A stretch of 64,000 nucleotides of DNA, taken from the NCBI GenBank assembly GCA_973895155.1, contig OZ316898.1, positions 12,237,187-12,301,186 on the forward strand, in the 5' to 3' direction. Position numbers and translations under genes: made by a program. Every line of letters starts with the position of its first letter. Positions within the stretch are counted from its first letter, which is position 1. The notes below the pieces were generated by a model that did not search any database, was not told the DNA's origin, and worked only from the letters and a program-made list of their open reading frames with translations. Origin of the DNA: Marsupella aquatica. Its lineage: Eukaryota > Plantae > Marchantiophyta. Of this stretch, positions 62,624 to 64,000 are shown piece by piece.

Positions 62624-63239
62624 TTACCCCAACCCCTGCCTCATCTGAAAATTTGCGCGTCACAGCAACAGCAGCACGACAGAAAATTCGAAACTAGAAC
62701 TGATCGAGGTGTTCCTGAAAATACGCTCTCCCCGAGCCCTGCACATGAATTGCCAATTGAGAGACGAGCTTGAGCGCCATCCCTGATCATCATTCTTCGT
62801 TCAAGCGTCGGGGCAAGGACGAGGCATCTACCGTAATCGACGTACAGCACCAATTCATCTACTCGGAGAGTCCTCAATTTGAGCGATCAGTTCCAATTCC
62901 TTCTTTCCTTCCTTCCTTGCTTGCTTGCTGCCCATGGCAGCTCAAGATGGTAGCTCAAGATTCAGATCACCTCTAACTTACTGGTCAGAGATTCTAAACA
63001 CGGAAACCAATTTCCGACCAATTCAGAGCGATCCTCAAAGTGATGCAGAGTGTTCAGAGTGAAGGTTGGATGCGTGCAAGCATCCATAGCCCAGCAATTT
63101 GATTGAAGACGGGTGTGGCATTGGATTTTCTTTGGATGGACCCGCAAAGAGAAAAAAGACGCGGAATCTTGCCAGTCCGAATCTGAAGGTTGACTACTGG
63201 TGAGTGAGGAGCAAAAGACACTTCAATCCCTTAAAAGAC

Positions 63240-63660
63240 TCGTTTCTTTACTTTATGGAAGAGAGAGAATTCTGATAAGAGCGTGGTATTTTGAGATTTC
63301 TCCTTCCTTCAAATCCCTTCACAGACTCGGGTCTTTTGAATTTGTCTCTCCTTTATGGAAGAGAGAATTCTCAACACAGTTGTCTCTTTGTATTTCTCTC
63401 TACTTTATGGAAGAGAAATTTGTGATCACAGTTTCCTCTTTGTATTTTTCTCTGCTTTATGGAAGAGAGAGAATTCTCATCCCAGTTGTCTCTTTGTCTT
63501 TTTCTCTACTTTATGAAAGGGAGAGAATTCTCATCACAGTTGTCTCTTTGTATTTTTCTCTACTTTTTGGAAGACAGAGAATTCTCTCCTTCTTTTAAAT
63601 CCCTTTAAAGACTTGTCTCTTTGTATTTCTCAGTATTTTATGGAAGAGATCATCACAGGC
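63240..63660. repeat. ~55-bp tandem repeat (tctctttgtatttttctctactttatggaagagagagaattctcatcacagttg) upstream of VCCN
   Basis: About 6-7 units directly visible. Confidence 0.8.
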
Positions 63661-64000
63661 TGGTATTGAAAATTAAGCCTGGATAGACCTCTAGGTTTGT
63701 CAAATTGTTCCCATGGATTTATGGATTTGTGCGACTCAGGTAGACGACATTTTAACCACAATGCCATACAGAATATTCTGATTGTGTGGTTTCTGTCTAG
63801 GGCCCATGGGAGCATTGTTTTCCGCTGGTATTAATATTTTGATTTACAGTTAATAATAGAGTGGAGAAAAATGTAACTTTATTCATTCATCTTTTTTTTC
63901 AATAATTATTTGCCAAATAATTATTCTATTAGAACCTTCTATGATTGGTGAACATGGTATGATAAGTTTTCTCCTGATTTTTTCTTAGTTGAAAAAGAAA

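Overview
This is eukaryotic land-plant nuclear DNA. Gene content, intron style and long GC-rich leaders suggest a bryophyte such as a liverwort, which is an inference. Five host genes can be reconstructed by hand using GT-AG splice sites: a hydroxyproline O-arabinosyltransferase (HPAT, minus strand), an MCRS1/MSP58-like MCRS_N + FHA protein (minus), a choline/ethanolamine kinase (plus), a stand-alone SRA/YDG methyl-C reader (plus) and a VCCN/bestrophin-like chloride channel (minus). TE-rich intergenic blocks separate them. These contain a decayed two-gene PIF/Harbinger element, a Tourist-like MITE, three MITEs with C-rich/GGG termini and 8-bp TSDs, three Helitron 3' ends, a foldback element, and a three-level nest (Gypsy integrase remnant < LINE < solo LTR). 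The most notable observations are: (1) HPAT exon 6 is tandemly duplicated as two intact 72-nt exons only 57 nt apart, a candidate mutually exclusive exon pair; (2) the MCRS1-like gene has no in-frame AUG before its conserved N-terminal motif and is preceded by an upstream ORF whose predicted stop overlaps a GTG; (3) the SRA-only gene is followed by tandem repeats built from AG-microexon-GT units; (4) related MITEs have inserted into both genes of the Harbinger element. All coordinates were derived by eye and no database searches were run.
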